Assembly: GCA_045647025.1 (NCBI GenBank)
Contig: JAZRLW010000157.1
Span: 1 to 40,807 of the forward strand
Reading direction: 5' to 3'
DNA length: 40,807 nt
From: Eubacteriales bacterium
GTDB lineage: Bacteria; Bacillota; Clostridia; Oscillospirales; UBA644
Every line of letters begins with the position of its first letter. The first letter of the stretch is position 1. A program made the translations under genes and the position numbers. Shown here one piece after another: positions 33,110 through 40,807 of the stretch. The notes beneath the pieces were generated by a model, which ran no database searches, had not been told where the DNA came from, and worked only from the letters and a program-made list of their open reading frames with translations.

Positions 33110-33302
33110 AATTAACCTCATTCTGTTTTTTTGCATTATTATTATACTGTTTAGCTATATAAAAATCAATATCAGTTTTTTGAACTTTTAAAGAGATTTT
33201 ATATAAAACCTCTTATTTTCTTCCATTTACGCAGAATCGATATTTATTTGAACATGACATTTGTTAATGTACGAACATATTGTGAATTAACCCCCTTACC
33301 CA

Positions 33303-33331
33303 TTGAATTTTACACTTCTGTATGCTATACT
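33303..33331 (+). promoter_or_regulatory. Promoter of the CNNM transporter operon
   Basis: TTGAAT (33303-33308), 17-nt spacer, TATACT (33326-33331). A nested stem-loop follows at 33344-33384 (cttac..gaacgca..tgcgttc..gtaag). Confidence 0.45.
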
Positions 33332-33392
33332 AATATGAATACACTTACAAGAACGCAAAAAAAAGCTGCGTTCAATAACGTAAGATAAGAAA

Positions 33393-34520
33393 ATGGAGTT
33401 GATTTTTTCCTTTATGGACGACAGTAGTAGTATATGGCAATGCTTGATACTTTTTGCCCTGATACTTCTCAGAGGTGTAATGGCCGCAACAGAAACGGCG
33501 TGTATGAACGCTAACAAGATAAGGCTCAAGACCCTCGCAGAAGAAGAAGATAACAAAGCTGCTAAAAGAGCCGCAAAGCTTCTTGAAAAATTTGACGATG
33601 ACCTTATAGCCCTGCTCATAGGTCAGAACGTCATCAGTATCGCCTCCACGGCGGTTGCAACCACCCTGTTTATCTCATGGGTAAACGGCAACGAAGCCCT
33701 CGGCTCGGTACTCTCCACGGTAATTATGACCATACTCATATACCTTATCGGAGAAACTATACCTAAGAATATCGCAAACGCAAACGCAGACGCGTTTATG
33801 ATGGCAATGGCTCTGCCCCTTGACATTTTCTCAAAGATCCTTACTCCCTTTATTTGGGTATTTTCAAACCTTTCGGCTCTTCTGAGAAAAAAGCTTTCGG
33901 GTGACAACAAGGAGCCTACCATGACTGAAGAAGAATTCCAGTCTGTGGTAGAAACCATAGCCGAGGAAGGCGTTTTGGAGCATTCGGAAACCCGAATCAT
34001 TAAATCTGCGGTAGACTTCGGTGACAAAACGGTAAGAGACGTAATGATTCCCAAGGAAAGTATTTTTGCCATTGAACGCACAGTTCCCCACGATAAGGTA
34101 AAGGAACTCCTTATAGACGTTTCCTATTCAAGAATTCCTGTATACGACAAGAATCTTGATAACATTATCGGCATACTCAGATCAAAGCAGATATTGGAAA
34201 GTCTTATAAGCGGTTCAAAAAGAATAACCGACTTTACTCTCTATCCTGTACTTAAAACAAAACCCTCTACCAAGCTCGATGCTCTTTTTGAAGAAATGGG
34301 ACGCAAGAGAACCCATATGGCCATAGTTCGCGAAAAGCACAGAACCATAGGTCTGGTGACACTTGAGGACCTTCTTGAAGAGCTGGTAGGCGAAATATAC
34401 GACGAGGACGAGGACATAGACCAGAAGCTTCTTGAAGAGCAGATTGCCCTTGAAGACCTTCCCGACGTCCCCGATAACGAGGTCTCCGACACCTCCGACG
34501 AAGAGGAGGTAACAGCATGA
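33393..34520 (+). CDS. CNNM/DUF21 + CBS-pair transporter lacking the CorC_HlyC C-terminal domain
   Basis: DUF21 membrane domain, then the CBS-pair region (VRDVMIPKESIFAI...; HMAIVREKHRTIGLVTLEDLLEELVGEIYDEDE). It ends in an acidic tail directly after the CBS pair. Confidence 0.85.
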   Translation: MELIFSFMDDSSSIWQCLILFALILLRGVMAATETACMNANKIRLKTLAEEEDNKAAKRAAKLLEKFDDDLIALLIGQNVISIASTAVATTLFISWVNGNEALGSVLSTVIMTILIYLIGETIPKNIANANADAFMMAMALPLDIFSKILTPFIWVFSNLSALLRKKLSGDNKEPTMTEEEFQSVVETIAEEGVLEHSETRIIKSAVDFGDKTVRDVMIPKESIFAIERTVPHDKVKELLIDVSYSRIPVYDKNLDNIIGILRSKQILESLISGSKRITDFTLYPVLKTKPSTKLDALFEEMGRKRTHMAIVREKHRTIGLVTLEDLLEELVGEIYDEDEDIDQKLLEEQIALEDLPDVPDNEVSDTSDEEEVTA

Positions 34521-35800
34521 TTACAGATATAATTCTTATTGTTGTTATAGTACTCCTCGTAGGTCTTTCAGCCTTCTTCTCCGGCTCCGAAATAGCCTTC
34601 GCATCCGCAAATAAAATGCGAATGAAAAAGGAAGCGGAAAAAGGAAGAAAAACCGCAAAGATTGCCCTCTACATATCAGAGAACTACACGAAATCCATAG
34701 CTGCTATCCTTGCAGGTAACAACCTTGTAAATATTGCATGTGCATCCGCAGCGACAGTACTTATGACAAAGCATTTTAACAATGCTGAAACCATAACAAC
34801 CATCGGCCTTACTATTATCATTCTTATCTTCGGTGAAATATTCCCCAAGATTATCGCATCAGAAATTGCAGATAAGGTAGTTTACGTTATCGCCTGGCCC
34901 TTAAAGGTAGTAATGGCTATCCTTTCCCCCGTAGTCTATCTCGTGTCTGCACTGGTAAATAAGCTCTCCCCCATATGGACACCCAAGGAGCCTCAGCCTC
35001 AGGTAACCCAGGAAGAACTTGTAAATCTTATAGATGCCATCGAAGAAGAAGGCGTATTTACCGAAAAGGAAAGTGAGCTTATCAAGTCCGCCGTTGAATT
35101 TACAGAAACCACGGCAAAGGATATACTTACCCCTAGAGTAGATATGTTTGCTTATGATATAGACGACGACATAAAGACTCTGCTCAAGGATAAGGACACC
35201 ATGTCCTACTCCCGAGTTCCTGTATATAAAGACAGTATTGATAATATTATAGGTATCCTTTCCTCAAAGAAACTGGTTAAGGAAATGCTTATAAATCCCA
35301 GCGTCAAGGTTGAAGATCTGCTTTCTCCTCCTATGTTCGTACATATGACCAGAACCGTATCTTCCATCCTTAAGGAATTCCGTCGTACCCGCTCCCATAT
35401 GGCTGTGGTTATAGACGAGTTCGGCGGTGTTATGGGTATTATTACCCTTGAAGACGTAATCGAAGAGATCGTTGGCGAAATATACGACGAAAGCGACGAG
35501 GTTGAAACCGAGTTTGAAGAAACCGAAGACGGTATCTTTATCGTTGACGGCGGCCTTAACATTTACGACCTCTTCAGCCTTATCGAATACGAACCTAAGG
35601 ATTTCGAAAGCGAATACACCACCGTAGGCGGTTGGGCAACCGAAATGCTTGATAAATTCCCTGAGGTTGGCGACACCTTCACCCACGGAAGAATAACCCT
35701 TACGGTTACCGAAGCGCAGACAATGCGAGTTGAAACCGTAAAGGTAGAACTTGCTCCCGACCTCGAAGAGGAAGAAGCAGAAAAAGAAGATAACGAATAA
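34517..35800 (+). CDS. CNNM/CorC-family transporter (DUF21 + CBS pair + CorC_HlyC domain)
   Basis: Same architecture plus a C-terminal transporter-associated domain (DGIFIVDGGLNIYDL....TVGGWATEMLDKFPEVGDTFTHGRITLTVTE). ATGA overlap with the upstream paralog. Confidence 0.9.
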   Translation: MITDIILIVVIVLLVGLSAFFSGSEIAFASANKMRMKKEAEKGRKTAKIALYISENYTKSIAAILAGNNLVNIACASAATVLMTKHFNNAETITTIGLTIIILIFGEIFPKIIASEIADKVVYVIAWPLKVVMAILSPVVYLVSALVNKLSPIWTPKEPQPQVTQEELVNLIDAIEEEGVFTEKESELIKSAVEFTETTAKDILTPRVDMFAYDIDDDIKTLLKDKDTMSYSRVPVYKDSIDNIIGILSSKKLVKEMLINPSVKVEDLLSPPMFVHMTRTVSSILKEFRRTRSHMAVVIDEFGGVMGIITLEDVIEEIVGEIYDESDEVETEFEETEDGIFIVDGGLNIYDLFSLIEYEPKDFESEYTTVGGWATEMLDKFPEVGDTFTHGRITLTVTEAQTMRVETVKVELAPDLEEEEAEKEDNE

Positions 35801-35804
35801 TACG

Positions 35805-35836
35805 AAAAATCGGCTCACACGAGCCGATTTTTTTAT
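35805..35836 (+). terminator. Rho-independent terminator
   Basis: Stem aatcggctc (35808-35816) pairs with gagccgatt (35821-35829), followed by tttttt. Confidence 0.85.
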
Positions 35837-35912
35837 TACCCGAAAAGGTTTTCACCGTTTTGTCAAAATATTATTTTATAATATAGAAAATACTTTTAGT
35901 GGAGAATAACAT

Positions 35913-38066
35913 ATGAACATCTCTTCTGCTTTAGCTACTCAATTCAAGCTCCGTCCCGAGCATACCGAAAACATTATTAAGCTTATTGACGACGGAAACA
36001 CCATACCCTTTATTGCCCGTTACCGTAAGGAAATGACCGGTTCCTGTGACGACCAGGTATTAAGAGAATTTGCAGACAGACTTAACTATCTGCGAAACCT
36101 TGAAAAGCGCAAGGAAGAGGTTATTGCGTCCATAACCGAGCAGGAAAAGATGACGCCCGAAATCGAGGCAGATATACTTAAAGCAACTACCCTCGCAGAG
36201 GTAGAGGATATATATCGTCCCTTCCGTCCTAAACGCCGCACCAGAGCCACCATGGCAAAGGAAAAGGGACTTGAGCCTTTGGCTTTGATAATTATGGCCC
36301 AGGACGAAAAGGATATTGAATCCATCGCCGCTCAATATATATCCGAAGAAAAGGGCGTACTGACCGTTGAAGAAGCTCTGTCCGGAGCTCTTGATATTAT
36401 TGCCGAAAATCTTTCCGATGACCCACATATCAGAAAACAGCTTAAAGAGATAATAGACCAAAAAGGTCTCTTGAAGACGGTTCAGGCAAAGGAAGAAGAC
36501 AGCGTTTACGCCCAGTATTACGACTATGCCGAGCCTATAAAAAAGATACCCGACCACAGAATCCTCGCTATAAACAGAGGCGAAAAAGAGGACTTCCTCA
36601 AAGTATCCCTTGCATGTCCAGACGAAGAATGTGTTAAGGCTATCACCGACGAAATAATCGTTTACGGCTCCACCACCGAAAAGTATCTCCGTGCCGCCGC
36701 AGAAGACAGCTATTCAAGACTCATCTTCCCTTCCATAGAAAGAGAAGTCCGTTCCACTCTCACAGACAGAGCCGCAGAACAGGCCATCAGAATGTTCGGC
36801 CTTAATCTCCGTCCCCTTCTTATGGCACCCCCTATAAAGGGCAAGGTGGTACTTGGCCTTGACCCTGCTTACAGAACGGGTTGTAAGGTCTGCGTAGTAA
36901 GCCCCACGGGCAAGGTTCTTGCCACCTCGGTGGTATACCCAACCCCTCCCCAGAACAGAGTTGAAGAAGCAAAAGCAAAGCTTCTTGATTGGATAAACAA
37001 ATACTCGGTCGACTGTATCTCCATAGGTAATGGTACCGCATCAAAGGAATCGGAAATATTCGTTGCCGAACTGATAAAAGAAGCATCTCGCCCCGTAACC
37101 TATATGGTTGTAAGTGAAGCAGGCGCATCTGTATACTCTGCATCTAAGCTGGGCGCAGAGGAATTCCCCGACTTTGACGTATCTCTCAGAAGCGCAGTAT
37201 CCATTGCCCGCCGTATGCAGGACCCCTTAGCAGAGCTTGTAAAAATAGACCCCAAAGCCATCGGTGTAGGTCAGTATCAGCACGATATGCCTCAAGCAAG
37301 ACTCTCCGAAACCCTGGGCGGTGTGGTTGAAAGCTGTGTTAACAGCGTTGGTGCTGACTTGAACACCGCATCCCCCTCCCTTCTCTCTTACGTTGCCGGA
37401 ATCACCCCCTCCGTGGCAAAAAATATTGCCGAGTACAGAGAAGAAAACGGAGCATTTACCGACAGAAAGCAGCTCCTTAAAGTTAAAAAATTAGGTCCCA
37501 AGGCTTACGAACAGTGCGCAGGATTTTTAAGAATACCCAACGGTAAAAATCCCCTTGACAACACTGCCGTCCACCCCGAAAGCTACGAAGCCACCGAAAA
37601 GCTCCTTGAGATGTTCGGATATAAGGGCGAGGACATTCGCACAGCCGACCTTAAAACCCTCCCCCAGACGGTTGAAAAGTACGGAAAAGACAAGGTTGCC
37701 ACAGCAATAGGTATAGGTATCCCCTCTCTTAACGATATCCTTACAGAACTTGCAAAGCCCGGAAGAGATATCCGTGACGACCTGCCCGCGCCTATGCTGC
37801 GTAGCGACATAATGACCATGGCCGACCTTAAGGAAGGAATGGTTCTCAAGGGCACGGTAAGAAACGTTATCGACTTCGGCGTATTCGTGGACATAGGGGT
37901 TCACCAGGACGGTCTGGTACATATCTCACAGGTATGCGACAGATTTATCAAGCACCCCTCGGAAGTAGTTAAGGTAGGCGACGTTGTTGAAGTCACCGTC
38001 CTCTCTGTAGACGAAAAGAAAAAGAGAATCTCCCTCTCCATGAAAGCAAAAAAGCAACAGGCATAG
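35913..38066 (+). CDS. tex: Tex-family transcription accessory protein (YqgF-like, HhH and C-terminal S1 domains)
   Basis: N-terminal TIPFIARYRKEMTG, a central YqgF/RuvX-like region (VLGLDPAYRTGCK), and a C-terminal S1 domain (GTVRNVIDFGVFVDIGVHQDGLVHISQ). Confidence 0.95.
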   Translation: MNISSALATQFKLRPEHTENIIKLIDDGNTIPFIARYRKEMTGSCDDQVLREFADRLNYLRNLEKRKEEVIASITEQEKMTPEIEADILKATTLAEVEDIYRPFRPKRRTRATMAKEKGLEPLALIIMAQDEKDIESIAAQYISEEKGVLTVEEALSGALDIIAENLSDDPHIRKQLKEIIDQKGLLKTVQAKEEDSVYAQYYDYAEPIKKIPDHRILAINRGEKEDFLKVSLACPDEECVKAITDEIIVYGSTTEKYLRAAAEDSYSRLIFPSIEREVRSTLTDRAAEQAIRMFGLNLRPLLMAPPIKGKVVLGLDPAYRTGCKVCVVSPTGKVLATSVVYPTPPQNRVEEAKAKLLDWINKYSVDCISIGNGTASKESEIFVAELIKEASRPVTYMVVSEAGASVYSASKLGAEEFPDFDVSLRSAVSIARRMQDPLAELVKIDPKAIGVGQYQHDMPQARLSETLGGVVESCVNSVGADLNTASPSLLSYVAGITPSVAKNIAEYREENGAFTDRKQLLKVKKLGPKAYEQCAGFLRIPNGKNPLDNTAVHPESYEATEKLLEMFGYKGEDIRTADLKTLPQTVEKYGKDKVATAIGIGIPSLNDILTELAKPGRDIRDDLPAPMLRSDIMTMADLKEGMVLKGTVRNVIDFGVFVDIGVHQDGLVHISQVCDRFIKHPSEVVKVGDVVEVTVLSVDEKKKRISLSMKAKKQQA

Positions 38067-38069
38067 CCC

Positions 38070-38762
38070 ATGAAATACAGTAACGTTAAAAAAGCAACAT
38101 TTTTATCCCGCCCAAACAGATTTATCGCAAAGGTAAATCTTGAGGGGAAAGAAGAAACCGTTCACGTAAAAAATACGGGACGATGCAAAGAGCTTCTGGT
38201 CCCCGGAGCAACGGTATGGCTTGAAGAAGCGACAAATCCGGTGCGGAAAACAAAATACGACTTGGTTGTCGTACTCAAGGAAGAAAAAAACAGAGAGCCC
38301 ATACTCATAAACATGGACTCCCAGATAGTCAATGACGTCGCCGAGGAATGGCTCAGAAAGGCATTGCCCCACGCAGAGATCAGAAGAGAGGTTATCTACG
38401 GTAATTCTCGGTTTGATATTTTTGTCAGTACACCCAACACCTCCGCTTTTATTGAAGTCAAGGGTGTAACTCTCGAAAAGGACGGCCTCGCTCTCTTTCC
38501 CGATGCACCCACACTAAGAGGGGTAAAGCATATACGAGAGCTTATCAAAGCCCATGAAGAAGGTTTTGAATGTTATATTCTTTTCGTTGTCCAAATGAAA
38601 GGAATATCAGAGTTTAAGCCCAATACCGATACCCATCCCGAATTTACAGCCGCCCTAAAAGATGCGGTAGATAAGGGCGTATACATAGTCGCCATGGACT
38701 GCAACGTATGGGAAGACGGACTTGAGATATCGGAACCCATAAAGAAGATATCTTTAGAATAG
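38070..38762 (+). CDS. sfsA: Sugar fermentation stimulation protein A homolog (SfsA nuclease-fold DNA-binding protein)
   Basis: FLSRPNRFIAKV....VHVKNTGRCKELL at the N-terminus, and EVKGVTL....A.FPDAPT.RG.KH..EL in the core. Confidence 0.9.
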   Translation: MKYSNVKKATFLSRPNRFIAKVNLEGKEETVHVKNTGRCKELLVPGATVWLEEATNPVRKTKYDLVVVLKEEKNREPILINMDSQIVNDVAEEWLRKALPHAEIRREVIYGNSRFDIFVSTPNTSAFIEVKGVTLEKDGLALFPDAPTLRGVKHIRELIKAHEEGFECYILFVVQMKGISEFKPNTDTHPEFTAALKDAVDKGVYIVAMDCNVWEDGLEISEPIKKISLE

Positions 38763-38820
38763 AAAAAAACTGACCCCGAAGGGGTACCTTCCATAAAGCA
38801 GGTTTACCTACCGAGAAAGC

Positions 38821-38857
38821 AAAAGGAGTACGGACGTTTTTGTCTGTACTCCTTTTC
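38821..38857 (+). terminator. Rho-independent terminator after sfsA
   Basis: Stem ggagtacggac (38825-38835) pairs with gtctgtactcc (38842-38852, one G-U pair), followed by tttt. Confidence 0.7.
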
Positions 38858-38919
38858 ACATGCCTTGCCCTGCAAGGTATAGTGTGTTACACTTTTTAGG
38901 TATACTATCGGGCGGTGAT

Positions 38920-38954
38920 AAGCCTCCCTTGTGTAAAGGGAGGCTTCGGTTTTT
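38920..38954 (+). terminator. Second plus-strand terminator-like hairpin with no CDS in front of it
   Basis: Stem aagcctccctt (38920-38930) pairs with aagggaggctt (38936-38946), followed by cggttttt. Confidence 0.5.
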
Positions 38955-39037
38955 GTGTCCCGAAAGTCCGTCTGTTTTTCCTGACAAGCACTGCTTTTGT
39001 GGGCACAAAAGCATATAGAAAATTTTTCTTTTTGAAG

Positions 39038-39535
39038 TTATGTATTTACAATTTCAAAGTGCTTCTCAATATAATTTTTTGCTTCGTCAGAGCATATTAA
39101 CTTAAGCAAATATTTTTTCTTTTTTCCGCGAAATACAATATATTTCAAATTTGGAAAGCCTCGTCCCGAAAAGCGATAACCGCGAATTTTCATAGAATAT
39201 CCTGTGGTTATTTCTACAGAAACAATATCTCTCTGAAAAAATACTTTTTCGCATTTAAAACCAAAGTAATAGTCAACAGCTACGATCTTGTCATCGGTGA
39301 CCTCTACAAACGCTCTTTTCATATCGTAGATAATTATGCCAAAAACGCTGCCAAGCAATAAAAACGGAAAGATAGTCAAGCAAAATGGAACGATAAAACC
39401 ATGTGTTTCGATAACAAGCGCTACGAACGCAAGAACGGGTATGAACGCTAACATTACACCACATACGGTCAACATAATTTTTCCGCCCTTTGTTGTTCTG
39501 TACTCTTGAGGCAACTCATGTGTTTTGAATGTCAT
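39038..39535 (-). CDS. Small membrane protein (2 TM helices + soluble C-terminal domain), unknown family
   Basis: Hydrophobic hairpin IMLTVCGVMLAFIPVLAFVALVI / FIVPFCLTIFPFLLLGSVFGIII, then a beta-rich tail. I prefer ATG 39535, after AAAGGCGGTGAG, to the listed start at 39640. Confidence 0.6.
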   Translation of the reverse strand: MTFKTHELPQEYRTTKGGKIMLTVCGVMLAFIPVLAFVALVIETHGFIVPFCLTIFPFLLLGSVFGIIIYDMKRAFVEVTDDKIVAVDYYFGFKCEKVFFQRDIVSVEITTGYSMKIRGYRFSGRGFPNLKYIVFRGKKKKYLLKLICSDEAKNYIEKHFEIVNT

Positions 39536-39557
39536 GATCTCACCGCCTTTCAGTCTT

Positions 39558-39586
39558 ATTATATCATAAAATTTATTACTTTGCAA
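39558..39586 (-). promoter_or_regulatory. Promoter of the 39535 membrane-protein gene
   Basis: Read on the minus strand: TTGCAA (39586-39581), 17-nt spacer, TGaTATAAT (TATAAT = 39563-39558). Confidence 0.55.
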
Positions 39587-39608
39587 GCAAACACAAGAAC
39601 AAATTTTG

Positions 39609-39640
39609 TTGGCGCACCTGCGATAAAGCAGGTGCGCCAA
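39609..39640 (-). terminator. Stem-loop terminator after the LCP gene
   Basis: A 13-bp GC-rich stem, ttggcgcacctgc (39609-39621) pairing with gcaggtgcgccaa (39628-39640). The downstream minus-strand sequence is only moderately T-rich. Confidence 0.55.
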
Positions 39641-39655
39641 TGAGGTCAGTTTTTT

Positions 39656-40807
39656 CTATTTTCCGTAAATATAATTACTCAAATCTTTTTTAGCTTCTTC
39701 AAAATCAACACTCAAGGCAAGCATATCTCCGTACCAGACGGATTCGTAATCCCCTTCTTCGGGAATTCGGTGATCGTCAATGGTGATTTCGCCACCCAAA
39801 AGAATATCTCTTGCAAATGAGATTATCTCGTCATTTGTAAAGTTGGTTGCAATAAGAGGTGCCGCATAGTTTATAAGCTCTACCACCTCGGTAAGAGAAT
39901 ACTCGGTCAATATTTTGGTGTAAATAGCCTCTATAGCATCTCTCTGTCGGCGGGTACGGGAAGCATCAGCATTACCTACGGAACGGTTTCTAACGAATAC
40001 CGTTACCTGGTCGCCGTTCATATGATTCCATCCGGGAACGATATTGCTCATAACAGCAGCGTATTCACTGCTTTTGAAATAATTTGCCTCTGCCGTTGTT
40101 ACGTAAAGTTCCACGCCTCCTATTTTATCAACCAGAGGTGCAACGGAACTAACCACGACGGTAACGTATCGCTGAATATCCATACCGAAAAGGTCATTTA
40201 CGGTATTGATTGAAAGCCCCACTCCTCCGTAAAAATAGGCTGTATTGAGTTTGTTCCAATACTTGCGACCTTCAATGGGAACAAGCATATCTCGCTGAAG
40301 AGATACAAGCTTTATTTCACGGGTCTTCTTATTGTATGACACAACCATCATAGAGTCGGTTCTGCCCCTGTCACGGTATGCATCGCGGGTATCGCGTGCA
40401 AGAAGGATAAAGTTAAGAACGTCAGGATCCTTTTGCTCCTTATAATAGATTGGAGTATTGGAGGCATCGGGCTCGTAATATTTATCGTATACCACGAAGT
40501 CCTCGTATGTGCCAACAGGCTTTGGGGCGTCTTCGGGTGTATATGACGGGGTATCGACAGTGTTATCACCGTCATCCATAAACTCATTTTCATCTATCAC
40601 GGGATCGGAAGGAACGTAATCGGAGGGAAAATTGAGATCAGGAATATATTCCTCTCCTCGATGAACGATATCAACGTCCGATTCACCCAATTTATCAAGC
40701 AGTGAATTAACGAAAATAACTCCCGCAATCACGGCTATAAGAAGTACACCAACAATGATATATACAGCTATCATGCCCTTGCTTTTAAGAGCATCAACAA
40801 GCCTTTC
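39656..40807 (-). CDS. LytR-CpsA-Psr (LCP) family cell-envelope phosphotransferase; N-terminus possibly outside the window
   Basis: TM anchor IAVYIIVGVLLIAVIAGVIFV, then an LCP core (DSMMVVSYNKKTREIKLVSLQRD....NKLNTAYFYGG). An ATG lies at 40774, but the frame stays open to the window edge (ERLVDALKSKG precedes it). Confidence 0.85.
   Translation of the reverse strand, partial: ERLVDALKSKGMIAVYIIVGVLLIAVIAGVIFVNSLLDKLGESDVDIVHRGEEYIPDLNFPSDYVPSDPVIDENEFMDDGDNTVDTPSYTPEDAPKPVGTYEDFVVYDKYYEPDASNTPIYYKEQKDPDVLNFILLARDTRDAYRDRGRTDSMMVVSYNKKTREIKLVSLQRDMLVPIEGRKYWNKLNTAYFYGGVGLSINTVNDLFGMDIQRYVTVVVSSVAPLVDKIGGVELYVTTAEANYFKSSEYAAVMSNIVPGWNHMNGDQVTVFVRNRSVGNADASRTRRQRDAIEAIYTKILTEYSLTEVVELINYAAPLIATNFTNDEIISFARDILLGGEITIDDHRIPEEGDYESVWYGDMLALSVDFEEAKKDLSNYIYGK

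Noticed and set aside
33137-33392. M-box (Mg2+) riboswitch ahead of the CNNM/CorC-type transporters
   Set aside because: The leader after the proposed promoter is only about 60 nt and contains one nested hairpin. That is far smaller than an M-box, and I recognised no conserved M-box segments.
38915-39100. 61-aa plus-strand ORF in the sfsA-downstream region
   Set aside because: It has a non-ATG start and no RBS. It spans a terminator hairpin and overlaps the 3' end of the convergent membrane-protein gene. The translation is low-complexity and Phe/Lys/Leu/Cys-rich.
1-40807. Mobile elements, CRISPR arrays, tRNA/rRNA genes and known anti-phage defence genes
   Set aside because: I noticed no transposase, integrase or recombinase motifs. 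I also saw no regularly spaced repeats, tRNA T-arm/acceptor patterns, or nuclease, helicase or Cas-like proteins in the six-frame track or the intergenic sequence. This was an eye scan only; tRNAscan, a CRISPR finder and defence-system HMM tools would confirm it.

Overview
This window looks like a chromosomal segment from an anaerobic Firmicute, probably a Clostridia-type organism. Evidence: GGAGG-type ribosome-binding sites, ATGA or 1-nt overlap-coupled operons, stem-loop plus T-run terminators, and two rubrerythrins. About 34 real CDSs are supported. The housekeeping backbone is: gdhA 3' end, a DUF4298-metallophosphoesterase fusion, rsmE, a secreted alpha/alpha-toroid-like protein, a HAD hydrolase, lepA-hemW, a 6-TM protein, glmS, a TPR + nucleotidyltransferase/DUF4037 pair, Crp/Fnr + reverse rubrerythrin, a biotin-protein ligase, classical rubrerythrin, MarR + an asymmetric heterodimeric ABC exporter, an exported trigger-factor-like PPIase lipoprotein, two tandem CNNM/CorC transporters, tex, sfsA, a small membrane protein and an LCP protein. 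From about 13.2 to 25.9 kb there is an accessory signalling block with three LytTR response regulators and two GHKL (AgrC/HPK10-like) kinases. Module A is RR + a sensor-less soluble kinase, then a terminator and an extended -10 promoter, then two small membrane proteins and two ABC exporter half-transporter fusions. Module B is a polytopic AgrC-like kinase + RR, divergent from a second paralogous RR. Downstream of that RR are a TM2-domain peptide, a 3-TM protein, an acidic lipoprotein and a lipoprotein clostripain (C11) protease. A 13-bp box (TACATTTCAGGAC-like) occurs as a 22-bp-phased direct repeat between the divergent promoters of module B and recurs in front of the two downstream gene sets. 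No agrB/agrD-like signal genes are visible. This box-linked kinase / two-regulator / envelope-protease locus is my best candidate for an undescribed system. I saw no rRNA, tRNA, CRISPR array, transposase, integrase or recognisable defence genes. All family calls come from motif recognition by eye; no searches were run.
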